Source: Zygnema circumcarinatum SAG 698-1b
Lineage: Eukaryota > Plantae > Zygnematophyceae
Direction: 5' to 3'
DNA: 64,000 nt
Assembly: GCA_037447605.1 (NCBI GenBank)
Contig: CM074821.1
Location: 1,488,001-1,552,000, forward strand
Part shown: one piece after another, positions 31,063 to 53,589 of the stretch
Numbering within the stretch: the stretch's first letter is position 1
Layout: each line of letters starts with the position of its first letter
Position numbers and translations under genes: made by a program
Notes under the pieces: generated by a model
What the model saw: only the letters and a program-made list of their open reading frames with translations
What the model was told of the DNA's origin: nothing
The model's database searches: none

Positions 31063-32343
31063 ACGAGGTGGCCTGAAGATGCAATTAAATCTCCATTTTA
31101 TTTTTCATATTTGGCCTCACATAATATGCTGCTACGGGTACTTGTGAATTTTAAGTCTTTAGGGTTTGAAGGCCCTCCATGGCTGCCAGTCAGAAGGGAG
31201 GGATAGGGAGGGAGGCTCTCCCATGTGGGGGTGAGAGGCGGTCGAGAGACGCCTTTTATGGTCAAGGACTTAGCCGTTATTCAGTCGGTGATGGGGGGAA
31301 TGAGCGGATTTCCATGTGATGAAGATAGTAACAGAGCGCCATAATTGAACATTTTTTATAGGGCTTTTTCTATTGGTTTGCATCGTAGGCTGTCATAGGA
31401 TGAGTGCATTGATGTTACTCAAATTTTTTATTATTCACATCTGTTAACTTAGGAAGGGTAACGGAATTTGAGGCGGAGCGGAGCAGGTGTATAGCAGACA
31501 TTGGGAAGAATACATTGCGACATTTACGTGCTTTCTCTCTCTCTCCCCCATTTTTCTCCCTCTCTCTCTCTCCTTCACTCTCTTTCTCTTTTGCTTTCGT
31601 TTTCTCTCCCTCTCTCTCTCTCTGCTTGCTATGCTGAGGTTTGCAGTGTGAAACTCAGCTTTTTACGTTTTTTTTGGTACGTTTTATGAGATTGCAGAGA
31701 TTTTTTTTATTTGGGGTTTTGAATGTTGTGATGGAATCGAAGATATGACTTGGTCGGGAGCAAAGTGCTCTGAGTTCATTAGTCGGTTGGACTGTCTTGA
31801 CTTTCCAGTGAAGCATGGAAACAGTGCAGGCATCATAGTTGGCAAACTAATGACTTAGTGATGACTTCACACGACCCCGTTGTCACACAGTCGGAAAGTT
31901 TGCAGTTTTTGATTCTCGGAGGTCAAACGTCTGCAAGTGTGGTGTTCGCCCATTTGCAGATGTGCAATTTGGGAATCTCACTTCCTTTCCAATTTTGCGC
32001 AGTGCCACCTGGCAAGTTGTACCGGTCAACAACGGGGGGGGGTTGGCTCATGGTATCAAGAATGAAGAAAAACCGCACACAACAAAAGCAGATTTGGGCG
32101 ACTCCGAAAAACGGTAACCCCGAGCACTAAAACCAACTGGGGTCTGAAGGTGCGAAATTCGGCTGAATACTACACACTAACCGTATTAACATTTAACACA
32201 GGAAAAAACAAAATAACAACAAGAGTAAAAAAAAAAAGAGAGCGGAAGACTGAAAAAAAAAAAAAAAAAGACCGAAAGTGGTAGAATTGTTGAAAATATA
32301 AACAAACGTGTACGCAATCAGTACCAGCGGGTTGAACGTGGAT

Positions 32344-38363
<6,020 letters not shown>

Positions 38364-38399
38364 CTGAATGGCTCCAACGTGCAAACCGCAAACCGCAAA

Positions 38400-38769
38400 C
38401 CGATCGGCTGAAGGCAACCGTTGGTCGCACTTGCGGCCCTTGACAGAACCAACCATTGCAGCAACCGTTGGAATGGTTGCCAACCATTGTATTCAGTGGC
38501 TGTCAATCAAACCATAGCCAATGGCCCCAAACATTGGTTTCAGTGTTTGACAATAATTGCCAATGGTTGCAACTACCAGATGGCAATGGTTGCCCACCAT
38601 TGGTTCCTAGCCTAAGCAACCATTGCCAATGGTTGCGAACCATTGGCCGTCCGACAGTGCCATCCAATGGTTGGCCAATGATTGCCGAACCAATTACAGT
38701 ACAGTACCACCCAGAATGCTTCGCCATGGTTCGGCAAATATTGACAAAAATTATTCGGGTAGCGAAAAA
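38400..38769. repeat. AACCATTG/CAATGGTT palindromic repeat (same family as 18066-18770) plus the left end of a family B MITE at 38702, in the RCC1 upstream region
   Basis: Repeated caaccattg/caatggttg; TA|CAGTACCACCCAGAATGCTTCGCCATGG running into the gap. Confidence 0.65.
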
Positions 38770-38869
38770 NNNNNNNNNNNNNNNNNNNNNNNNNNNNNNN
38801 NNNNNNNNNNNNNNNNNNNNNNNNNNNNNNNNNNNNNNNNNNNNNNNNNNNNNNNNNNNNNNNNNNNNN

Positions 38870-41800
38870 GGGCGATAGAATGAGGTGAGCCCCTGCCAGC
38901 GACTTGAGCTGAGTGAGGGTCCGTGGAATCGCATAAGGGCGACCGCTTCCAATCTTGTCGAAAGTGATGGTTTCGTGCCATTGATGCAGGCGGTGCCCGG
39001 TGATGAGTGATCTCCCCGATGGCCCCATTTGCACTTTGGGTGTAATCTTTACGCTGCGATCGATGTACCAAGGTGACTTGGTCAATGTGTGGGAGGATTG
39101 GGGCCTCCTGCTGGATCGCTATCATCCACGTATAAGCCCGCGGTAAGGCACGCATAGGCCAAACACCTGGTTGGCCAGCGCCGTAGCCTGCCGGAATTTC
39201 GAGCTCAATGGAAGCACGCCCAATCGCGACAAAGCGCGGCGGGTCGCGGCGGTTTTCCTCGGTTTTGTACGATCACCGCCCATCGCTGGCGAGCCAATTC
39301 GAGCCCAACAGATAATAGCGCTCAGCGGCCGCGATGATCGTGATTCATTGTGGCTCTATCTCGCCAAGATCGATGACCACTTGGGCGCTGCCCAATCCTT
39401 CATGTAAGCTCCCTTCAACTCCCACATATCGGGGGATGGGCTCAAGTGTCTTGTCCAACTTAACCCCTGCCGCCTTCATCACAGGCTTGGACAGAACTGT
39501 GCGCATAGCCCCCGTGTCGATCATGGCTTTGCTGGGATGACCGTTGAGCCATACATTGACAATGATCCGCACGTTGGGCGTTGGGATGAGAGGGAGGATC
39601 TGAATCTGTCGAGGAGGATGGCGAGGGGAGCGGACTGGGTCCGGCGGAGGCGCCGTAGCCATGTGGTGGATATCGGCCGGCGAGGGGACGTCTGGAGGAG
39701 GGGCCATAGGAACCGTGGGAGGCCGTAGGGTGGCCTCTGCGCTGTCGGCCAGCTTTCGAACTACGGCGGCAGCACCTGGTACAAGCTGCATCAACTGTGA
39801 CAAGGTAATGCCGATCTTAGCCTTGTCTCCCATGAGTTGATGCACCATGCGTTCTATCAGGGATAGGCCGTCTGTCGGGGGGGGTGGTCGACGATCGGCT
39901 GCTTGGGGGTAGAAACGGGCTGCTCGAGGACGATGTGGAGGGTTGACGTGCATCTCTTCGGTCGCCGGTGGCGTCGGCTCTGGCTGCGCCGCTGTCGGCT
40001 CCTCTTCATTGAGATCTTCAATTTCCTCCTCAGGCAGGGATCCCAAGGGGTGACCCGTGGAGGGAGGGAGGACTGAAGTTCTCCGGACAGGGGTGGCGAC
40101 CGGTGGAGCCGTGCCCGAGGAACTGGCGCCGTTGTCGGAGGCAGGGAGGAATGGCAGGGGATGAGAATGAGGATCGCTTCGGTTGACAGGGAGCCTGCGC
40201 AGGGCAGTTGCAATCTCGGCAATCCGGGCTTGTGCATTAGCTTCAAAAGTGATGGGGGATTCTGACAAAGCCGGTTGAAATGCCGCGGCAACCTGGGCAG
40301 TGCGTGATCGGGCAGCAGGATCGGGCTCAGCACCCAATACGTTTGACAGGGAAGGGGAGTCCATGGGGTGCAGATGGATAGGTGGTCGTTGCAGGATGGT
40401 GTAAGCGGGTGAAGGAGGTGGAGGCGGGCGAAAGGGAGCCGGTGTTCTCGATGGTGTGGGAGCAGCCGGGAGCATATCCATGAAGGTGATCTCTGCAGGT
40501 GAGTTCCCTGCTGCTGCCTCTTTCCCTTTTCGGGCCTTCTCACTTGAGAGTCTCCGCATGCACACACGGGCATCATGTCCCGCGGATCCGCGTAAGGTGC
40601 GTGTCCATGGCTATCCGCGAACGCAGGCCGCTGATTGTGAGTTAGGCTACGTGCCGTATTGCACGCCCCCGAACCCGCGGCTCGCTATCCGGACGCAGGC
40701 GCAGACGGCCCCGCAAATTTCTCTTCGGGTGTGTGTGCGATCGGGAACAAGGAGCCCGACATATCCCCGACGTAAACATCTGGTATGTGAGGATTCACCG
40801 CCGGCTCAATGGGATGCGCCGGATCATGAGGGTATGGGGAAAGGGGAAGGGGCTTGGTTGTGCTGGCTATGGCCAGAGGCTGCACCACAGGGGCTGTCCG
40901 GACGTCCTGAGCAGTGACGCCGGAGAAGGAAGGCTTGTTCCGAGTAGATGTAGCGTAGGATCGAATAACCGTTGATTCCGCGGTCTTCGTGAACCGCTGG
41001 TAGAGCCCATCTTGTTGTGATCTCAGCGCTCATGTAATGTGGCCGCATATCGGCTTCCTTGATCCTTCCACCCGCCCGCCTCTGCTCTAACAATGCCCGG
41101 TGACCATTGCGGGTTGTCTCGCAGCCTCACGCATCCGTGGAGATCCTTCTCGGCCACATGGCCTGGCGGAACCACCGAGCACTTCGAAAAGTCGCAAGTT
41201 CGACCAGATTTGGGTTATGCGCATAAAGCGCCGCTGAATTCGTATCACCGCCATCAATGAGCATTCTATGTAGCCGGCGTGTCTAGCACGCTGATCGATC
41301 TCAAATCCAACGCTGTCCGAAGCTTGCTTGAATGTGTCCCTTGTCGTATGTACACGCATTATCTCAAGCCTGCGGCCAGCTTCGACAAATTTCCAGCTTG
41401 ATCATTTCTCGCTTTCCGGGCTGGGCTCCTGTGGCCGCCTTTGATCTAATCGTCCTCCTTCAGTTCCGGGCGGCGCCGCTTTCTCCCTCAAGGTGTCTCA
41501 AATGGGCCTCCAGATCTTCCCCGCTTGCCGTAGCTCTAGTGATGATGCTCGGTATCCTCACCTCACTTTTTCGCTAGAATCAAGGCTATTTCGCTTTGTC
41601 ATCATCTCTTCCATCTTGCCGGGGAACTCGACCGACCGTGCTTTCCTCGCGGTGTTGGTTCGAAAAGCCGAGGGTCCATGCATCGTCCCGCCTCTTGCCC
41701 CCGGCCGGGCCACCGGGTTGCCGGATGGACAAGGTGTGAATGCCGGAGGTGAGGGTGTCTTCTGAGGAATCGCTTGCTCTTCTGTAGGACTGCGTGCTGC

Positions 41801-42734
41801 TGCTGTGCTTGAAGGGACTCCTGGTGCAGTAGTTATCCGACTGAGATCTCGTGGGTTCTGTCTTTGGGGGGCCGCGGTGGGGACCTCAGTTCAATCCAAG
41901 ACTTTCACGCATCCGCGTCGCGGATAAATGACCGGGCAGGTCACGCTACCTGATCATGCGGCGGTATATCGCTACCGAGTTTGTGGCCATCACGCCAGAC
42001 GGAGTCGCCGCAGCTCTTCAACTCCACTCGCCGACCGCCAAGGTAAGCCGTGACCGATAAGGGTTCTTCTGTGATGCCCATCTTCGCCTCTCGATCAGCT
42101 TCTTCCTTCCGAATCAATCCGGCCCTCGATTTCTCATCGCCGTTTCTTCTTCTTCTTGAGGTGCTACAAGTCTTCATCTGAATACTCATGAAGATCCGCT
42201 TGTCCCTCTTGCCGCAGCTCTCATCCATGGCGGCCGTGGACACGGGTCACGTGATCGCGAGCCTCACGAGCGAGGTACGCGGATCCGCAAACCTTCGCTC
42301 CGGATACCAAGATAAGTGGGGTTAAACGGCGACCGGCCGAGCTAGCCGGCAGGGTGCCGACGCTACCGCTGGCCCGTAATAAACTAACAATGAAGGGTTG
42401 GGTTGGTTCTGTGGGCTCAAGATAGAGCCGTGGATCCGGGGATTCAGAGGTACGCTAAATGAAGACGGGGAGTCTCAAGACGCTCCCACCGCTAGGACCC
42501 CGATGCGCAAAGAAGAGCCCCTTCCTTGGGGACTCTCCTCCCCTGTCCTCTCCTCGGCTAGTCTCTTAGCTAGGCTTCTAGTGATCATTGGTCATTGAGA
42601 GGAATGCAAGGCAGGATAGGGCAAGATAGAGGCTTGGCATAGTGACAGCAAAGGGAAAACAGGACACAACTTAGATAAAGGTGGCATTTTGGAAACTCAC
42701 CCCAGCCAGCGGTTGGCTGGGGAATGTCATTACA
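38870..42734 (-). mobile_element. Decayed Ty3/gypsy-type LTR retrotransposon, 5' part (probable LTR about 42734-42311, PBS, gag, aspartic protease); truncated at a gap
   Basis: Protease KAMIDTGAMRTVLS...YLLGSNWL; degenerate knuckle R-x2-R-GSAG-H-DARV-C; PBS-like TGGTATCCGGAGCG at 42309-42296; TGTAAT start at 42734. Gag followed by protease with no integrase visible. The Ty3 call rests on protease style; RT was not seen. Confidence 0.65.
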
Positions 42735-43408
42735 ATGAAATTGTCTTCTCACTGAAATCTTTGTCTAACTGGGCTGAATGGGACGTCTAAATGCTATCAA
42801 CAAGAAAACTCTCTCTCTCTCTCTCTATGGCATGGAACTCTCTCTCTCTCTCTCTCTTACTTAGCATCTGTTGCTGTAACTGAAGAGGAAGAAGAGAAGA
42901 AAAGAAGAACAAGAAGACAAACCACACAGCAAATACAAATACTAAGCCCAGCACTAAAAGACAAACAAGCATCACTGACATCCCATCTACTTAACACTGA
43001 CAATAGATCCTGAGTCTTAGCAGTGACAGTCTCTGATTGGCCAACTGCCCACTGAGAGGCCTGAATGACTACGTGGAGCCTTCGGATAGGTCAAAGACTG
43101 ATAATCGGCGGCCTTAGGCGGTGTTCCCGAGTGCGCCTTGCTGGATGGTGTGCTGTTCCGTGGGCCGCCAACACATGGCGCCGCCTTCTCTCATTCGCCG
43201 TTGGCAGCTCCTGGATTCCGCTGATCCGCGACACGGAAGAGGCATAGGTCAAGTACAACTGAACGGACGCGGATCCGTCGAACGCAGCTCCGTTACGCTA
43301 CATGTCCCAATGTGTACGAACGTACGGACGGACGTCCGAGCTCAGCTACAACCCTTTTGTGGCTCGCAGCTAAAGGGAAATCCGCGCGGCGCCGATTGGC
43401 CGTCCGTC

Positions 43409-43451
43409 GCACGTGCGGGACTATCCGGTAATCGGATAGGCCCGCACGTGC
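43409..43451. promoter_or_regulatory. Symmetric G-box pair (GCACGTGCGGG...TATCCG/CGGATA...CCCGCACGTGC) upstream of GAPB
   Basis: Inverted repeat holding two CACGTG and two GGATA motifs, with GATTGG (CCAAT) nearby. Function is inferred from known light-responsive elements. Confidence 0.45.
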
Positions 43452-43606
43452 AACGGACGGCTGAGATTGACCTGTTGGCTAGCAAGTTTGAGCGCCACTA
43501 GGGCTCCTTTTGAGCTCTCCTTTCACTCTCCTGCCCAGTAGTTTTCCTGTCCTCTTGCAGCTGCCGCGCCTTTCCAAGGTAAAGCCATGGCGGCGTTTTG
43601 CTCTTA

Positions 43607-43856
43607 CAGAACTATCTGAAAATGTTCAGATGGCTCTGAACCTGTTTGTATCAGAATGATGTGAAGCGGTCTACATTTCAGAATGTTCTGAACCTGCTTT
43701 TTGTTAAGAATGTTCTGACCCTTTCTCTTGCTCAGAATGTTTGAAACTGGTTGCATTCGGAATGATCTGATTTGGGTTGTGTCTAGAATGTTTGTTCGAG
43801 TGTTTAGATTGTTCAGAACGATCTGAAGCGGCGCATATTTGAATGTTCTGAACCTG
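43607..43856. repeat. Array of 10 palindromic cores (consensus CAGAATGTTCTGAA) at mostly 25-27 bp spacing with divergent spacers
   Basis: Cores start at 43607, 43627, 43652, 43679, 43706, 43733, 43758, 43784, 43814 and 43839. Confidence 0.8.
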
Positions 43857-44068
43857 TTGATATCTTCTTTGTGCTGGTCTCTGAGCATGACGCCGGTTTT
43901 TGCGGCTTTGCAGCTGTTGAAGTGCCATGTATAAGCTCTAGGTACTCAAAAATCTCAATCTGGGTTCAGTTGCCTAAGTTCCAGCAGACACGATTGATTG
44001 TGCCAGGAGCTATTTTTCTCATATTGGTTCATTTCTTCTACCGTACAGTGCTAAGGAGCCGAAACACC

Positions 44069-48568
<4,500 letters not shown>

Positions 48569-49693
48569 TCCCACAGAAAGGTACCATAGAGTAAGGAAAG
48601 TTCCCGTTTTCATTATGTGAGTAGGCAGGTTAGGGTTAGGGGTAGGCAGAAGGGGAGGAGGGAGGTAGGGCTGGCATGCGATCAAATTGCAGTCCTTGTT
48701 GGATCCCGTGAGCCCCAACCCAAGGCAAAGGCAGGCTCACGTGAGGACGCCTGATTCGATTCTTCTTTTTAAAAAAATTAAGGAAAGAATTTTTTATTTT
48801 TAGATGCCTTTACATGCGATCATGTGAGTGCTGTGTGATCATTTGACCCCATGTGGAACCCAGAAAATTTATCTGAAATATTGGTGGAAACGAAACACTA
48901 CTAGTGTCGAGAATTCCCGAAGACTGGGGTGTCATCTAGCGCTTTTTCAAACAATAGGTGGACCAACTCCGCGTGCGTTACCTATCCGATTAGTTTTACG
49001 TTTACCCTACTACCATTAATTTGAACTGAATTGTTCAATGTTCAAATGAAAGGTTTCATTTGTACTATTGAACACCCGACATCAACAGTTTTTCAAATTC
49101 AGTAATGTAAGACAAAGTTCAAAAGTTCGAAGTCTCAGGCCGGGGTTCCATTGAGCCGGTCAACGTTCTGAGCAACACGGTTTTGGGATCTACTCGGGAG
49201 CGGACGGCCGACGTGGCACCGACGTGGCACCAACGAGGGAGAAGTGAGAGATGGATAGAGGGAGAGTGGGAGCGAGAAAGTTGGACAAGGAGAGAGGTAG
49301 AGGGTGAGAGGAAAGGGACACAAAGAGGGAGAAATGGAAGAGACAAGGAGGGTCGGATAGAGCGAGGGAGCGAGGAAGACGAATGGGAGTTGCGGACAAT
49401 GTACGGGAAAAAAACACAGAAGGGGAATGGAGGGGAGAGAAATGGGGGACGGAGAGAGAATAGGGAGTAGGTAGTGCGGGAGAGAGGGAGAGGGAGAGGG
49501 AGAGGGAGTGTGAGAGGGAGGGAGTGCAGGGCGGCCCCCGCATGCTGAGGGAAGGGCACGTAGCAGGGCCATGGCAGCCATGGCGGAGGAGTGCCGACGG
49601 GTGGGAACGAACGACTGTAGCAACGCTTAGTGTACGAGCACGTACGGAATGATGACGAGATTTGACGTCACATTCAACTACAGATTTCTGATA

Positions 49694-50458
49694 GGGTAGT
49701 GCTAAATTCACACCTTTATTGTCTAGACACATCCCATTTTTCGCCGGGCAGATTTTAGGATAGACAAAAAGGATTAAAAACGGAAAATGCTTTTTTCACA
49801 CCTTTTTGGAATCCGATACACACTTTTTTCCGTCGGGCAGACTTTACCACTGTTTTTTTTTTTGAACGACAGAAATATGTTAGGGCCTGCCCGAATCCGC
49901 TCGGAGCGGAAGATCCGTCCGCCACGAGATCGCTCGCGGGTGTGCGTCCTTCACATGTGCGGTGAATCTCCGCCGTCGTTTCCTCACAGATCGCACCATG
50001 GCAGATCACCATTGGATCTGCAGCCGGGCTAGGTCCCAGCGAATGATACTTGCCCACGTGTCCCACCAAACCCTTTTTCATATTGGCTCTGTACAAAAGT
50101 CATACGGTAGCAGCTTCGAGGAAAGGCGGAATACTTCTTCTACATTTGAGAGCGTGGACCAATTAATTTGCCAACTCATAAAAAACACATGGCAGATGGT
50201 GATTGGCTGCAAATTGACAATGGCGATCCGCTGCTGGCTGGCCGGTCCAGCTCATAATATTGTGGAGATCTGCGGCTTTTTTTTTGTCTGAGATTTTTTT
50301 TGGAAAAAAAAATATTCCCTACGAAAAAGGTCTGTATCGATAACAAAAAGGTCTGAAAAAGTGTTTTCCGATTTTAAATCCTTTCATGACTATTTTAAAA
50401 TCTGCCAGCGAAAAAAGGTCTGTGTCTAGACGAAAAAGGTGTGAATCTACCAGTACCC
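49694..50458. mobile_element. 765-bp non-autonomous transposon, TIR starting GGGTA, 8-bp TSD TTCTGATA
   Basis: TSD at 49686-49693 and 50459-50466; GGGTAGTGCTAAATTCACACCTTT...GTCTAGACAC versus GTGTCTAGAC...AAAGGTGTGAATCTACCAGTACCC. Confidence 0.8.
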
Positions 50459-50909
50459 TTCTGATATTGTACAAAATACCGTACAGCTCACCTGCGGCCG
50501 TACAGTACAATACAGGACAGGACAACCGTTACACGACGATCCGATACGATACGATAAGATACGATACGATATGAAAAAAATACCAGACGATACAATGTGA
50601 TGTACAGTAGACCCCCCCAATATTTTCGCCATGGTTTCGGCAAATATGGGGCGAAAATATTGGGTAGCGAAAATATAAGGGTGTCCGTGTTAACAATAGG
50701 CGGCCGGTATTAGGTTAAGAGTTAATGTTTGTTCGTACGTATCGCGTCGTATCGTACCGTATCGAACCCAAGCAGAAGAGGAGAGGAGCGAGCGCCTCGT
50801 ACGGCGGCAAGTGCGGGAAGAGTCGTTGAGCCCGTAACGGCTAGTACAGCTAGTACGGCTAGTAAGGCAAGTACAGTACGGCTAGTACGGCTAGTACGGA
50901 TATTAATGC

Positions 50910-52880
50910 GGAAAATTCTATTCTCACACCTTTTTTGTCTACGCACAGACCTCTTTTCGCTGGGCAGATTTTAAAATAGACAAAAAAGGAACACACCTTT
51001 CACACCTTTTTTTTTGGGTAGTGATATTTCCACCCCTTTTTTGGATCCAAACACCCCTTCCCGGCCGGGCAAATTTCAAAAAGGATTAAAAACGGAAAAT
51101 GCTTTTTTCACACCTTTTTGGAATCGATACCACCCTCCATCGGCAGATTTTATTTCTGCGAAACAAGGAAAATGATAACCCGTCACCCAATTTGAATATC
51201 CCGCCTACCTGATTTTTTTTTTCACGCGTGCGGTCAATCGCAGCCGTCGATTCCCTCGCAGATCGCCACTCGGCAGATCACTATTTGATCTGCAGCCGGG
51301 CTCGGTCACAGCGCATGGCACGGGCCCACGTATCCCGCCAAAGTCCTCTCAAAAGTGTGTTCGTACAAATGTCGTACGGTCGCAACTTGAGGAACCCAAA
51401 ATTTGGTACATTGAGATCTTAGACCAATCAAAATTTCCACGTCATTAATGTAACACGTGGCAGATGTTGATTGGCTGTGAGGTAACAATGACGAGATCTC
51501 GGGCCGAGGGACGCGCGCACTCGCACGTGCGGTTTGGCTTTGACGGGACTCGTGGGAGCTTTCCATTCGCTAAGATCGAGCCCGGCTGCAGATCGAACGG
51601 TGATCTGCAGTGGTGCGATCTGCGAGGGAAATCGACAGATGCGATTGACACACACGTGTGAAGGACGGACACCCGCGTACGATCTCGTGGGGGACGGATC
51701 TTCTGCTCCGAGCGGATTCGGGCAGGCAGATATTTCTTTCCCTCAAAAAAAAATTTCAGGGAGGCGGGATACAGTATTCCAAAATGCGGTGACGGGGTAT
51801 CATTTTCCTTGGTTAGCAAATAAAATCAGCCGACGGAAGAAGGTGGGTATCGATTCCAAAAAGGTGTGAAAAAAGCATTTTCTGTTTTTAATCCCTTTTG
51901 AAATCTGTCCGGCCGGGAAGGGGTGTTTGGATCCAAAAAAGGGGTGGAAATATCACTACCCTTTTTTTTTTCACCTTTTTTTTCATATCTTTTTGGAATC
52001 GATACACGCTACTAGTCCTGAGCGGCCGAGCGCCGTGAGACCTTTTTCTGTCGGGCAGATTTTACTCCTTATCATTTATCTTCAGAGAAAAAAATATCTG
52101 CCTGCCCGAATCCGCTCGGAGCGGAAGATCCGTCCGCCACGAGATCGTTCGCGGGTGGCCGTCCTTCACACGTGCAATAATTTTCCGCCGTCGATATTCA
52201 CGCAGATCGCACCATGGCAGATCACCGTTCGATCAGCAGCCGGGCTCTGTCCCACGTGTCCCATCCAAGCCGGCTCCAAGGACTGTACAAAAGGCGTACG
52301 CCCGCAGCTTCGAGGAAAGTCAAAAAACGTAATAATTAAAGTTGAGTGCCTATACCAATCACAGTTTGCCACGTCTGAAAAGAGCACGCGGCAGGTGGTG
52401 ATTGGTTCAAGCTCGCAATATAAGGAATTCAGACTTTCCTCGAAGCTGCGACCGTACGAGTTGTGTACGGACCAGGAGCTGCTCGGGTGGGACACGTGGG
52501 CGTGTGCCATTCGCTGGAATCGAGCCCGGCTGCCGATCGAACGGTGATCGGCCGTGGTGTGATCTGCTCTAGAATCGACGGTGTATAGTTTCTGCACGTG
52601 TGAAGGACGGCCACCCGCGAACGATCTCGTGGCGGACGGATCTTCTGCTCCGAGTGGATTCGGGCAGGCCGATATTTTTTTCTTTGAAAAAAACAAGAAG
52701 GGATAAAATCTGCCCGATGGAGAAAGGTGTGTATCGATTTCAAAAAGGTGTGAAAAAAAAGGTGAAAAAAAAAAGGTGAGAAGGTGTGAAAGGTGTGTTC
52801 TTTTTCTGTGCTATTTTAAAATCTGCCCGGCGAAAGGAGGCCTGTGTGTAGACAAAAAAGGTGTGAGAATAGAATTTTCC
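50910..52880. mobile_element. Foldback-like element, 8-bp TSD ATTAATGC, TIR GGAAAATTCTATTCTCACACC..., nested in the family B MITE
   Basis: TSD at 50902-50909 and 52881-52888. After removing the inner insertion the element is an approximately 1-kb palindrome centred near 52380. Confidence 0.85.
51016..51961. mobile_element. 946-bp foldback element, TIR GGGTAGTGATATTTCCACCCC..., inserted in a T-run of the 50910-52880 element
   Basis: T9 on the left and T10 on the right (compatible with an 8-9 bp TSD); arms of about 400 bp are reverse complements. Confidence 0.8.
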
Positions 52881-53110
52881 ATTAATGCTAGAACCGTACG
52901 GTCAATACGGCTAGTACGGTTCATAAGTCTAATACAGTACGGCTAGTACGGTTAACACAGCCTTACCGTACAAAAAAGTGGTTTTGGCAAAATTAGGGCG
53001 AAAATATTGGGTAGCGAAAATAAGAGGGGCGAAAATATTTGGGGGGTCTACTGTAATCAATACGTTGCGATATATCTCGAAACGGTACGGTACGACACAG
53101 AATGGCACTA

Positions 53111-53589
53111 CAGTAGACCCCCCCAATATTTTCGCCATGGTTTTGGCAAATATTGGGCGAAAATATTGGGTAGCGAAAATATAAGGGTGTCCGTGTTAAC
53201 AATAGGCGGGCGGTATTAGGTTAGAGTTACTGTTTGTTTTTACGTATCGTATCGTATCGTACCGTATCGAAGCCCAGAAGAAGAGGAGAGGAGCGAGCGC
53301 CTCTTACGGCGGCACGTGCGGGAAGAGTCGTTGAGCCCGTAACAGCTAGTACAGCTCGTACGGCTTGTAATGTCAGTACAGTACGGCTAATACGACTACA
53401 GTGGGGGGTCCTCATATTTTCGCCATGGTATTGGCTAAAAAGGGGCGAAAATATTGATTTTGCAAATATAAGGTTCGTGTTACCAATAGGCGGGCGGTGT
53501 TATGTTAGAGTTCATGTTTGTCCGTACACATCGTATCGTCTAATACCATATCGTATCGTTACGTATCGTAACGTATCGTGTAATATCGT
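53111..53589. mobile_element. Two further family B left ends (53111, 53399) without matching right ends; the second is cut by the copia
   Basis: TA|CAGTAGACCCCCCAATATTTTCGCC is nearly identical to 50605-50880; second end TA|CAGTGGGGGGTCCTCATATTTTCGCC. Confidence 0.7.

Larger units (their letters stand above)
50605..53053. mobile_element. Family B MITE (TA TSD, TIR CAGTAGACCCCCCAA..TATTTTCGCC), about 470 bp once the nested insertion is removed
   Basis: TA at 50603-50604 and 53054-53055; subterminal (GATAC)n and (GTACGGCTA)n repeats. Confidence 0.8.

Noticed and set aside
43607-43856. CRISPR-like repeat-spacer appearance
   Set aside because: Repeats are about 14 bp and degenerate, spacers are about 12 bp, no cas genes are present, and the context is a eukaryotic intron-rich gene.
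43604-43888. 94-aa minus-strand ORF with NIL periodicity
   Set aside because: Explained by the 27-bp DNA period; there is no gene context, and it is antisense to the GAPB leader.
49135-49623. Minus-strand ORF starting MAAMALLRALPSAC, transit-peptide-like
   Set aside because: It runs into CT-repeat sequence with no recognisable domain or convincing exon chain; not supportable as a gene.
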